A DNA stretch of 64,000 nucleotides from Sphagnum compactum (taxonomy: Eukaryota), in the NCBI GenBank assembly GCA_965153455.1, contig OZ234493.1:15552213-15616212 (forward strand), given 5' to 3'. The translations under genes and the position numbers were made by a program. The first letter of the stretch is position 1. The number at the start of each line of letters is the position of its first letter. Shown piece by piece: positions 1 to 11,088 of this stretch. Below the pieces are notes generated by a model that saw only the letters and a list, made by a program, of their open reading frames with translations, was not told the DNA's origin and ran no database searches.

Positions 1-2077
1 TGTACTTGGGGGGCTGCTGTTGCTGTAAGCTGTAGGGTGTCATGAGCCTTCCAACATCAAACTCCATGTGATCCTGGATTCTCAATTGTGGGTGTGTAAG
101 TGTATCAGAAAGGTCTGTTGGTGAAATATGACCTGATCCAGAAGAACAATGTCCATTCAGATAGCCATGTCCACGACCATTTGATACCACCATGTCACCT
201 ATTCTTTGAGTGCCTGCCACAGGAGAAAAGGAATTTGTCTTCCCAGAGTGGCTTGCTCGAGTATTTCGACGAAGAATCTTATCAGGATATGGAGGCAACC
301 TCCCATCCCGCACTGCAGTGGAACGGGAAGCCTCCTTCACAGCTACAGGAGTGGTATGGGACACTGCTTCGGTCCCATGTAAAGGGGAATGCAAGAAAGG
401 GCAGGCTTCACTGCGACTACAAAAACCCTGGAGGTAGTATCTGCAAACACTGCCCACAGTTGGAGTTCTGCAAGAATTGTCAGAGAACCCCAACTCTGAT
501 ATTTCTGTGTTTGAACCCCAAACCACATCAGGGGGATTCAGAGCTTGCTGAAGCCTCAGCTTCCGTTCCAAAGCTTGATTGTTCTGTGCATTTGCAGCAG
601 CAGCAAATCCAAGTTGCTGCAGGGCAGAGGCATTTCTTGAGCCTCGAATGGGCATGCTGCCAGCACTGGGGTAAGTACCCCCCCCACCTGGTCTTCCATT
701 GACTTGAGCTTGAAGACTTGCAAGCAGCTGGATCTGTTTCTGGCGCTCCATGAGCTGTTGCTGGATGTACAAGCGATGCTTCTGTTGCTGTTCCTCCAAA
801 TGTGCATATTGTGCTGCTGTTGCAGTTGCCTGTGCTTGGGCCTGAGCTTCAACAAGCTGCTGAGCTGCAAAATAATCCATGTCATTGTAGTCATACGGAA
901 TTTGCTTTTGCAACCGGCTTGAGGGCAATATGTTTCCAGATGCAACAGCAGATGGGTTTCTTGTTGCAGCCTGCAGGGTAGCTGCCACAACCTCCAGCTG
1001 CTGGTGATATTGAGAACCAGCACCACCACCAGCTCCTCCGGACCCATAGCCCCCTCCTGGAGAATTCTGCTGCCTCATTGCTTTCTTAAAAGCCTGTGTT
1101 GCAACAACCTCTGCATAATCACTACCCATTCCATCATAACAGCTGCTTCCATTCCGCAGTCCATTCATATTCACTACAGGCTTACCTGTAAAGAGATCCA
1201 GGGAAGGGGATGATCTGGATGCATAAAACTCATACGAAGGGGCAGAAGATCCTGTGCCATAAACATCCAAGTGCGAATACAATCCATTTGACCCTGCTAG
1301 GCCATGTCCATTAGAGAGAGGATGCTGTACCACCACACTACTACCTCTGCCACAAACAGACCCATTGCTAAGAATAGCTCTATTGTCCCCCCCTGTGTTG
1401 TCATCAATCAAGGATTGCAACAAAATGCTACTCCCTTCCTCAAAGCTGAGGTTTCCAAAAGCTGCTGTCAAATGATGATCAGAGGAGGAGGACCTATCGT
1501 TTTGAGAAGAAGGCACCTCCTCATACGGGTGAGCTCCAGGGGCTTGAAAGCTCGGAGATGGCTCCCGCTGTTGCTGCTGTGCTTGTTGTGGTTGTTGTTG
1601 AAGCGAGGTGAGCTGATGTTGTTTCCTCTGCATATCCAGTCGCTGCTGCTGCCGCTGGTGGCCGCCGCCACCAGTATTGCCATCCAGGGTAAGGTCCGCA
1701 AGAAAGGGAGAGATGTGGGTAGCAGAAGAACCAGAAGAAGAAGAGGATTTGGGAGAGAGTAGTACAGGAAGGTCGCTGTAGAGAGTGCGGTTGTCCATAG
1801 GAGGAGGGAGCTTCTTCACACCGGCATAAGACCTATAAAAGCTCTCGTAATGCTCATCGCAACGGATGTCTACGAAGGGTTTCACAGCAGGAAGAGCCTC
1901 ATCTTCGTGCATGCCGATAGAAGAACCTTCCTCTATCTCCGATCCGTGCACGCGCTGCAGCTCTTCCAGATGCGGAGGCGCGGAAGTCGCCCTGGGAACA
2001 TCGACAACCGGGTTCGTGGACGTAACGTGCGGAATTTCACACAGCAGCTGCTCGAATTCTTCATCGTCCTGCTCCAT
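1..2077 (-). CDS. Pumilio/PUF RNA-binding protein (APUM7/8/12-like), N-terminal ~692 aa; PUF repeats expected beyond the left edge
   Basis: ATG at 2077; the same frame holds at 389-445 and at the window edge, consistent with one exon running off the window (missing from the ORF track because no stop is in view). Starts MEQDDEEFEQLLCEIPHVTS...VPRATSAPPHL and contains DIRCDEHYESFYRSY...KKLPPPM, typical of plant PUF N-termini. Q-rich middle; ends ...QQQQPPKY, the linker that normally precedes the first PUF repeat. Confidence 0.8.
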   Translation of the reverse strand, partial: MEQDDEEFEQLLCEIPHVTSTNPVVDVPRATSAPPHLEELQRVHGSEIEEGSSIGMHEDEALPAVKPFVDIRCDEHYESFYRSYAGVKKLPPPMDNRTLYSDLPVLLSPKSSSSSGSSATHISPFLADLTLDGNTGGGGHQRQQQRLDMQRKQHQLTSLQQQPQQAQQQQREPSPSFQAPGAHPYEEVPSSQNDRSSSSDHHLTAAFGNLSFEEGSSILLQSLIDDNTGGDNRAILSNGSVCGRGSSVVVQHPLSNGHGLAGSNGLYSHLDVYGTGSSAPSYEFYASRSSPSLDLFTGKPVVNMNGLRNGSSCYDGMGSDYAEVVATQAFKKAMRQQNSPGGGYGSGGAGGGAGSQYHQQLEVVAATLQAATRNPSAVASGNILPSSRLQKQIPYDYNDMDYFAAQQLVEAQAQAQATATAAQYAHLEEQQQKHRLYIQQQLMERQKQIQLLASLQAQVNGRPGGGGTYPSAGSMPIRGSRNASALQQLGFAAAANAQNNQALERKLRLQQALNPPDVVWGSNTEISELGFSDNSCRTPTVGSVCRYYLQGFCSRSEACPFLHSPLHGTEAVSHTTPVAVKEASRSTAVRDGRLPPYPDKILRRNTRASHSGKTNSFSPVAGTQRIGDMVVSNGRGHGYLNGHCSSGSGHISPTDLSDTLTHPQLRIQDHMEFDVGRLMTPYSLQQQQPPKY
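389..445 (-). other. CCCH zinc finger (C-x7-C-x5-C-x3-H) within the PUF protein
   Basis: In-frame translation CRYYLQGFCSRSEACPFLH. Confidence 0.85.
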
Positions 2078-4129
2078 TTCCTCTCGTCTTCTCCACCGCT
2101 TTCAAGTTGCAAACTCTTGCAGGGAAAAGCTCTTTTCACTAGCCTCCAGAACGCGACGCCCTCATGAGCGGCTGCCATTTACAACAACACAGAGACACAG
2201 AGACAGACGACGATGATGTGAGAAGCTCCAGCAGCCGCCTACACTGCGGCGATCGCCTCTCATCGGCTCATCAAATCTTCTGGCTTGTTTTGTACACAAT
2301 CGAAACCAGCCAGATGATCGATGGAAGAAAAGGCACAGCAACAGCAGAAGCAGGAAGAAGACGATCAAAGAACAAGCTTTCCCTTGAATTGCAGAAGCAA
2401 AATGGAAACACAAACGCGTCTAATTGTGATCTTCTCCTCACAAAATCTATTGCATCTTCTTACCTGCTGCTGCTTGCTCGACACTCCTTCTGAGCAAATG
2501 CCGCTGCGCGCTTGCATCGGACATTCACCATATCGGTGGCATAACGCTCCAGCTGAAGAAACAGAAGCTGCTACTGCCGTACACACTTCCCTACGCAAAA
2601 GATTTGAATCCCACACGACGGACGGACAGACGGACGTTCACTCACTGCGGCTGCGGCGGAGGAGTATGTACTTACAAGCGTTTGTTTAGCGGCTAGGCGA
2701 GCGGGCGCGCGGGGCGGAGGGGATTGTTTGTTTGCGTGTCACGTAGTCGTCAGAAGAAGAGGAAGACTGAAGCGACGCCGCCGCAAGCATCCATGATTGT
2801 TGTTGGTTTTGCATGCAAATCTGCCCGCGAGAGTAGTAGCCTTATTACTGTTGCAGAAATAGGATCATCATAGGGATGAGAAGACGACAGTGTAGAGAAG
2901 AAAGCGGAAAAACAAATCGCGAAGAAAAAGACGACGACGACGACAACAGACGCTGATGATGCTGCTGATGATGATACCTACACACCACCTAAACTCTTGT
3001 GAAGGGAAAAAAAACTACAAATCGATCAGAACATCAACGATAACGAGCTACATTTGCAAAGCAGCACGTCTTGACGATCGGTCGGTGAGACAGAGACGAT
3101 GATGGTTGTTCAACCACACCTCCTGCACACAGACAGATCGTTTCGTTCTAGAAGTTTCCAGAAACATGCTCAGACAAATAAACAAACGTGGGAGTGATGG
3201 AGGGGAGCGAGTATCAACGGACACTACTACTGGTCGTGATGGTGCGTGTGGAAGCCGCTAATGACAACACGAGTAATTCGCGATGAAGAGAAAGATAAAT
3301 ACCGGTATCCAAGCAAGAGACAGAGACAGAGAGAAGGGGCAGCAAACAAACGTGCCACGATCTGATGAGGTGCGGGACAACGACGAAGAAGCCGATTTCT
3401 CATACGCAGCAGCAGATCGCACGGAAAAAGAAAAACAACAACAACAACAGTGCAGCTTCTTCGTTTGTTTCTTTGTTTGTTTCTGTTGCTTAGAGAGTTG
3501 GTTTAGTTTGCGGCCGCCTGCAGCAGCGCCGACGCAGAGGAAAAGAAAGGGGAAAGAAAAAAGACACTGGAACGCAGGCAGTCAGTGGCGAAACCTAGAC
3601 CACGCCACCAGCACCAATGCTGATGACAATAAAAGGGGGAATTTGCGGAAATCACAAAGGGTGAACAAACAGATCGCCATCCAAAAGTGGGAAGTCAAAT
3701 GGACGAAGACTTGCGAAATGTGTCAGAGAGAGGAGACGACGACGCGGGGCGCAAGTTTTTACACTTGTTGGTTTTCTGAGCTCTTCTTTTGGTGTGGTTG
3801 TTTTGGTTGCCATTCTTTGCTGCGCTGCTGCATGTGTGGCGCCGATCTATGAGACGGTTCTCTCGCAGTTCCAACCCTCGAAATTCCAGAAATTTCCTTA
3901 TTTGTTTTGTAGAACAGAACATTTGTTTTGCTTTTGAATCAATTTGCCCTCGACTTGCTGCTGCTGCTACTTTCTTCTCAAAAAACCCTTGCGTACTCTA
4001 CATACTGCTGCTGATTATTTCTCGGAAAACTCTTGTGCACTTAACATGCTGCTGCTGCTTACATTCTTGAACAACTCTTTTGCATTTTGCATCTCTGGAC
4101 ATTTTCTGTCTGGACAAAAGTTTGGAATC

Positions 4130-4500
4130 AGATTCATCACTACAGAGAGTTTCAAGATTGCCAGATTCAACAGCAGATTCATCGCCAAAGTTTTCAAAGT
4201 CATCACCAGAGAGTTTTCAAAATTGCCAGATTCAACATTTGATATGGCAGCAGACTCGTCGACAGAGAACCTGGCTTCAAGATCACCATCATTGACAACA
4301 GCTTCATCACCAGAGAGTTTTCAAGATCACCAAAATTCAACAACCAGACTCATCACCAGAGAGTGTTCAAGATCACCCAATCCAACAACAGATTCATTGC
4401 TGCAGAGTGTTCAAGATCACCAGATTCAACAACAGATGCAATCATCATCAATCATAATTTCAAAACCCACCAGATTTTTTTGTCATCGTCATCATCAGAT
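4130..4500. repeat. Degenerate minisatellite, ~40-45 bp unit (TTCATCACCAGAGAGTTTTCAAGATCACCAGATTCAACAACAGA-like), ~6-7 copies
   Basis: Recurring CATCACCAGAGAG / TTCAAGATCACC / ATTCAACAACAGA blocks. Confidence 0.8.
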
Positions 4501-4929
4501 AGCATTTTGAAAATCCAGATTGAATTTCAGCAACAAGAACAGGGAGTTTCAAACTGTTCTGAGAGAGAAGACTAGGTACACTTACATTATCTGCACACAA
4601 ACATCAATTGCTTCATTTCATGCCCTCAGCAGAAATAGGTGCATCTACTACAGCTTCAGGATCCAGTGCAAGACTGGATTTGTGGATTGGATTTGTTTGC
4701 TGCTGGATCATTCTCAGTGAGGCGCTACCACATTCTGAGAGTTCAATGTGTGTTTTGTTCCTCAGAGGCAATCATATCCCAGGCAAGTGTTTGAAATCTT
4801 AAGGATGACACCACGAAGTGAGAAAGGAGGACAGCACATGATTGTGAGTCCAAAATTTGTGGGGAGGACCCTAAAATGTGAGCCCAACCATGGACACTGA
4901 GTTGTGAACCCTGAACCATAAAAGCACAA

Positions 4930-5830
4930 CTTTCACATCTCTAGATTCACGAATTCAAAAACCTCTGCAAGCCCTTCATTACTTTCTTCCTTGAGAATCA
5001 AATATTCCATCACTGTCATTCTGGAGAGCATCATGTAAAATCTCCTGGCCCTCCTCCTCAGACAAAAGTCACTTGAGATGGTTTCCTGGCGTCAATCTGT
5101 TCAGCAGTTTCAGACTGCAGGTTTGACCTCTCCAGATCAAGGTACATGCTTTGTATAAAGAAAAGCAGCACCCTTGGGACCAATTCCTGCAACAGGGAAC
5201 TTATCAGTAGTAGCATTAGGAAATATTTCCATCTCTTCAGAAATCTCTTCCAATCCTGGTAATCAAGAGCTGCCTATATGACAGCAACCAACATTGAGCA
5301 TGCAAATGACCAGGTGACATGAAAGACAATGATTCAACACACAAAGCAGTAGCAAGGATGTCAAATGAGGCCTTTAGCTTGGCCTCATTTTTTCTCAAGT
5401 CATTGATTGAGGTCCAATCCCTTGCAGTCCTCCTTGACAAGCTCACTAGCCTTCATCAACTCATGAACATCCTTAACAAGTGTAACATACTTACCATTCT
5501 TAGCTGCAGCCCTGACATAACCTCAGTGGACCTGGCATCTGAGGTTGAGGGATTGAAATACACTACATCTAAGCCTGGTGTCCATATTCGTGTCCTGATG
5601 CTTACCAAGTCTCTCAAAGTGCAGGAAGGCTACACCTAATACTGAGCATTGTATCAGCTTCGTCCCACAACAATCCCCCTGGCACCCATCAATACATTCT
5701 GGATATATAAGTGGCAGAGGCTTCCAAAGCACAAGCCTGGTCTGAGGACAGGTCTCATGGTTGTAGATGCAGCCTCAGAATAGGTATACCACACTAATTT
5801 TGCACTGAATAAACTCACACCCCTCTTCTC
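4930..5830 (-). pseudogene. Unprocessed pseudogene fragment of CRM-domain CRS2-associated factor (CAF1/CAF2, organellar group II intron splicing)
   Basis: Exon remnants ~5830-5606 (VVYLF*GCIYNHETCP..LVLWKPLPLIYP..VPGGL..EA), ~5503-5372 (KNGKYVTLVKDVHE..ELVKEDCKGLD..RKNEAKLK) and from 5186 (ELVPRVLL..LIWRG) match CAF motifs GVIYLFRGRNYN/LMLWKP, NGVY.LVK.V.EAF..ELV.IDC.G..KIGAKLK and DLVPCVL..IWRG. Contains stops and frameshifts; introns retained. The 3' boundary is approximate. Confidence 0.8.
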
Positions 5831-8529
5831 CTGGCGCATCAAAAACTGAGAGCCCCACAGATATGCTCAATTCACAAGATTCCACTTCCAGTACAGAGAT
5901 TTCCAGAACCTAGCCCTCTGAATTCAATGACCTCAATCATGACAAGATCATAAGTTCTTTTTTGATTTTACACACAGTAAATCACATGTTGCCTACATAT
6001 AAATGAAGCTCTCAAGACAGAGTCTGGTTACCTTGTAGCAGTTCGCTCCTAGGCTGGAATGATAATTTGCAGATTTAAGGTACGTTGGTGACATGACTAC
6101 AAATGTCAGTACCATGCAGAAAACCACTTGGCTCAACTGCGTGTCAACCATCCCTTCCTAAACCTACTACACCACATCCCAGACAAAGGTTAATTACTAC
6201 TCTGTTTTCAATATTACAAGGATTTGCTCCTTGTGCCACTAATAATGAAATGGGATCTAAGACTTCCTCCAAAAACACAACATTATTTCCAAAGTTTAGC
6301 CGGTACTACTGCATAGGAAGTTCCAAAAACATTCAGCGGGTGTGCTCAGGTTTTAGGGTTTAAGGGTGGAAGTGTGTCTGGACTTTAGGGTTTCAACTAG
6401 AGGATTTTGCAGGCAGAGAGATGCTTGCTACGTGGAAAGAAACAGGTGAAGGACACACACACCACCAACCAACAAGATTGATCTGCCGTTTTCCTTTTTC
6501 TCACAAAGCTCAAGGTGATGATCTTTCGATTCTTTCTTGGTTGAAAGGATTGAAAAGGCTACCTAAAAACCTGGTGTTCAGTTCTCGTCTTCACTCCGTT
6601 CTTCGCTTTCCCTGGTTCGTTCACCCAACGAGTCGAAATTCTGACAAATTCTGCTAGCGGTTTCCTCTCAGGTTTGACGATAGCAGCTCGAGTTCGAACG
6701 CAACTACCAGAGCAGAATCAATGCTCCTGCTAGTCTTCGTGCGTGCGTCCCTTGTGAGCGTCCAAGAGAGAGAGAGAGAAAGAGAGAGCACATTTTCCAG
6801 CAGCAGATTTTTTCGCCGAAATTGAACACGAAGAAATCTGCGTCAGAAGACGCCAGCTCCAGGGCTTTACGAAATGCGTACGGTACGGAAGAAGAAACCC
6901 TTCGTCTTCTGCGAAATTTCCACTTCCTTGTTTCAAATTTTCTTCCCGCTTTTTTTTTCATTGGCGGGTCGTTTTCGTCATTAGCTGAAGTGGCGATCGT
7001 CCTCCGTAAGGACGGACGTTTAGCCAATTTTGGCTACAAACAAGATATGCAAGTAAATTTTTTTAAAAGCATCCTTCATATTTTTGCCTACAAATGCTAG
7101 AACCCAATAGCGAAATCTGGCGATATTATAAGAAAACATTTGATTTGTTTTCAATTGTCGATGATTGAAAAATCAAATGAACACATTTTTTAGCCAATTT
7201 GAAAAATAATTTAGCCAAAAAAATCCCGGTTTCATCCTTTCAAAAAAATAAATCTATGTTCATATTATTTCCTAATACTTGGGATGGAGAGCCACTATTA
7301 TTTTTTAAGACCTCCCTTGACTAGAGGCTAATTGTCCCCATATAATTAATAGTTAATTTCAACCATTAATAAATGTATTTAGTCGGTTATATTATTGGAA
7401 ATAGGAACATGTAATTATTTAATGCAACTATTGCGAATGCAAACCCCTATGTTTGGAGTGAACAATTTGGTTCCTCCATTTTCAAACAATTACCAAAATG
7501 GAGGTGGGTGTACCCTATTTGACGTTGAGGGCCCTAGAGGCTTTGCAATGCCATCCTTATTTTGAGCCTTTTTTTTTTTTCAATCTCTTCTCGCACCTTT
7601 TTTTTGTTAGCTTTTTGGAGAAAATTTGCACCCAAAAAAATAAAAACATTGGTTGTGTCACAATTAGTTTGTTGTGTTAAAGTTAGTTTAAAATTAATGT
7701 GTCGTGTTGCAATTTGTTCATTTTTAGTGTGTTATGTCAAAGTTGGTTCATAGTTAATGTGTGCTTGAACATAATTAATGTAGGTTAGTGTGTTATGTCA
7801 AATTTGGTTCATGGTAAGTGCAATGTGTCATAATTAGTGCATGATTAGGTGTGTTGTGTCAAGGTTAGTTCATGGTTAATGTGTTGTTTCAACTCGTGCT
7901 TATGCAATTGTGTTCTAATCATTGTTTGCAATCTTTATCCATCAAACAAATAAAATTGTGTCAAAAACAAAATTGTTACATCAAATTCCAAAGTTTTCAA
8001 TCAAAACCAACCAAAAAATTTGAAAAAACATTCGCTCTTATTCAAGCTTTAAGAACAAAGCAAAAACAAATAACCATTTGATTATCTCCATGTAAAATAC
8101 TCAAATTCAATCACAAATGAATTGTAAGTGGTCATGCAATAACTAATGTTGTGCCATGCGCAAAACATGGCGTCAATCACCATTGTCAACACTCTAGGAA
8201 CATTGTTCAACTAGTACAAAGAGAAAAATGACAATGGAGATGTGTGCATACTTTGCATTTTTTGATGAACAAAGTAATTCAACAAAAAATGCCAATTCAA
8301 TTTCGTCATCACCGACCCTTTAAAACCAACTACATCCCCTCCACCTAACGTAGTAAGTTTGGAATTTGGAAAAAATGTTGCAAAATAGTGAAAATACAAG
8401 CCAAGGGAACAATAGGTGTAGGAAAAAAAAATTCACTTCATTGTAACTAATTGTCATTTCTTAGAGCCTAACGATATTCAATGAGGGCACTGCATGATTT
8501 GTAATGAATGTCAACATTTTCAATCTATT

Positions 8530-10183
8530 TATTATATTGGGTGTATTTGGTGATTGTGAACCCACATTTAATGTGAATTTTAACAACATCAAAACAATGT
8601 TCTAGACTCACATTCTCTTCATGTTCTATAATCATGTTGTGCATGATTACACATGCATACAAAATGTTTGAAACCACATTGTCTACACAAGTTTTGAACA
8701 ATTGCAAACTAACTTTGTAACACCTTTAAGTTTCACTCTACATTTTTTGCATTTCATCTTATCGGCAAAATGCTTTTGCTTCTCACCAAACAATTCATGC
8801 ATAATTTACACAAAAATTGACCATCATCGATAAATCCCATCGACAAGAAAATAATACTTTGAATAGTGTTCACATTCATTTGAAATTCAATGTCATTACT
8901 TGCACCCCACAACAAACTAGAAACCAATGGAACCCTATTCAAAACATTTAAGTTGTCATCCCACCTTGTAATTCAAAATCAGCATGTTAAAACAAAGACT
9001 CTTATTTGTAATTGTTTATAAAATTATAGAAGCATTCTTGTTTTCGTTAATAAATTCAAATTGCAAAGTAGTTGGAAAATTCTTCCATTTGTAGTGCATG
9101 AAATTAATCAAAAGAAACAAATATCCCTAAAAATTGTTACAATGATGTTAAGATGTTTGAATTGGTTGTTGCAAACAAATTAACTCAACCACCTTTCAAA
9201 CTACTTTCATGAATCAATTTAAACTTTCCATGGTTGTTTCTTTCCCATGCAACTATATTCATCTATTGCATTAGTTATGATGCCATAACCAAGCATTCAA
9301 ACAATAGCAATACACTTTTGCAAAGTAAACAACCCCAAAGTGCTACAAACATCTCATTGCTACACAAAATATCCATCACACCAATTGATAGAAGCAACAT
9401 TTCGGAGGAACAAATAACACCTCATCATGTAGTGATGACAAAATTGTTGGTGATTGTAAATAATATTCTCATAAAAATAGTCATGCATGATTCTTTCTTC
9501 ACCAAATTCTCACTTTTTCATAATAGTCAGTCAATTACCCCCATGACCCCAATTTGCATCAATGTGTTTTATAAGATCATGTTTTATTGCAATGTGATTC
9601 AAAACAAAATTGTCCTCATTTTTGTCATCAAATAAATTCATTTGCTACATGGCCATTAATCACCACTGCCATTGTTTCACAATGCTTGTAAATAATGGAA
9701 CACAAAAACCAACAACAAAACAAAAGAAGACAAAAAAATATTAGTGTGTTGTATAGCAACAACCAAAAATAAATAAAAATGGCACATGTGAGTTTGAATT
9801 TGGTTGATTAATGATCACATTACCCCTATGGAGTTGCAAAATGAAGAATAAAAAATCAAGCTAAAGGATTCAAAATTTACTAAAGCCACATTTTGAAAAA
9901 ATTTGCAAACTTATTTAAGATGATCAAAACCTACAAACATTGTGCATCACGTTCTTTGTAAATACATTCATCAAAGCTCAAAAGATTAAAAATTACAAAA
10001 GTTGCATTAACAAGAAAAAAATCAAAGGCATGGAAATCATGAATTGACATACATGTGTAGGTGGTGTTGGATGATGGGGCATGTGCACATGTTTAAGGTT
10101 GGCTCATCACATGTCACTTTCGTAAACCCTTGGAAATTTTTTATATAGGGAAGTTTAGGGTTTCAACATTGGAGATGCCTTAA
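8530..10183 (-). mobile_element. Decayed PIF/Harbinger DNA transposon (transposase remnants plus one terminal inverted repeat)
   Basis: Minus-strand remnants INFMHYKWKNFP (~IDCMHWEWKNCP), DDNLNVF (~NDINVL), FLVDGIYR*WSIFV (~YLADGIYPEWATFV) and ILYACVIMHNMIIEHE. TTGGAGATGCCT at 10169-10180 followed by TAA matches the GCATCTCCAA-type TIR and TWA target site. Confidence 0.8.
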
Positions 10184-11088
10184 AATATGATGGTTTGTGA
10201 TTTGCAATATCAAAGGTTTATCACTTATGATTTAAAACCCATGACTAACATAATGACCAAAATAATATTATTAACATCAAATAATAGAACAAAAAATGAG
10301 CCATTTACAAGAGGTGCTTATTACTAGACCCAAGATATTAGCATTAATGATTCCTTACCTTTGTGATGAATAAGGATCAACCATTGATATCAATTGACAG
10401 AATTTTTGTTTTATACATAGCAATGGGAGTTCCATGTATCTTCACCTAATCATTGATATCTTCTTGCATGTGTTTAATTCATTAGGTTGTGACTTATTTG
10501 TGAATTTATTGTATGCATAATCCTTTTCATGTTTAATAAAATTCAATTGAAAAAATAATCAAATGTTCATGAAAAAATCAAAAACCAAATACATCATATA
10601 AATTGGATAAAAATGCAACTATATGAACAAATAATGAAAAATTCAAATCATTCAACATATTAACACAAAATAAACCATTGAATAGAAACCCACATTTAAT
10701 AACCTTAGGCACGAGACTTTGAGGTCATTTAATGCAAAAGTTGTAACAAGCTTTTGCTAATTGCATACGAATTTTTTTTGTTTATTCTGGGGAAAATAAA
10801 TGTTGATCCAAGAATTGGAAATTCTATACCATTGATCATTTTTTATGAAGTGTTAATCCCACAATCATTTGAACTTTTTTAATATCATTTTCATCATTCA
10901 TTCCTTTGAAATTTTTATTTTAGTTTGGATTTTATACATGTACGTTGAATATATATTAATTAGTCACTACATGTTTTTTAACATTCTAATTCAAACTTAT
11001 GGTGAACCTCATATTGGAACTAAAATCAATTGAATTTCTTGCCTCATGGGTTAAATGTGTGTTATATTGTTATATTTGACCAACAAAA

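Noticed and set aside
100-2493. Several long plus-strand ORFs (100-702, 1304-1762, 1850-2216 and others)
   Set aside because: Antisense shadows of the PUF coding exon and leader; no recognisable domains.
3283-3852. 189-aa plus-strand ORF
   Set aside because: Low-complexity translation of microsatellite-rich leader/promoter sequence; no homology recognised.
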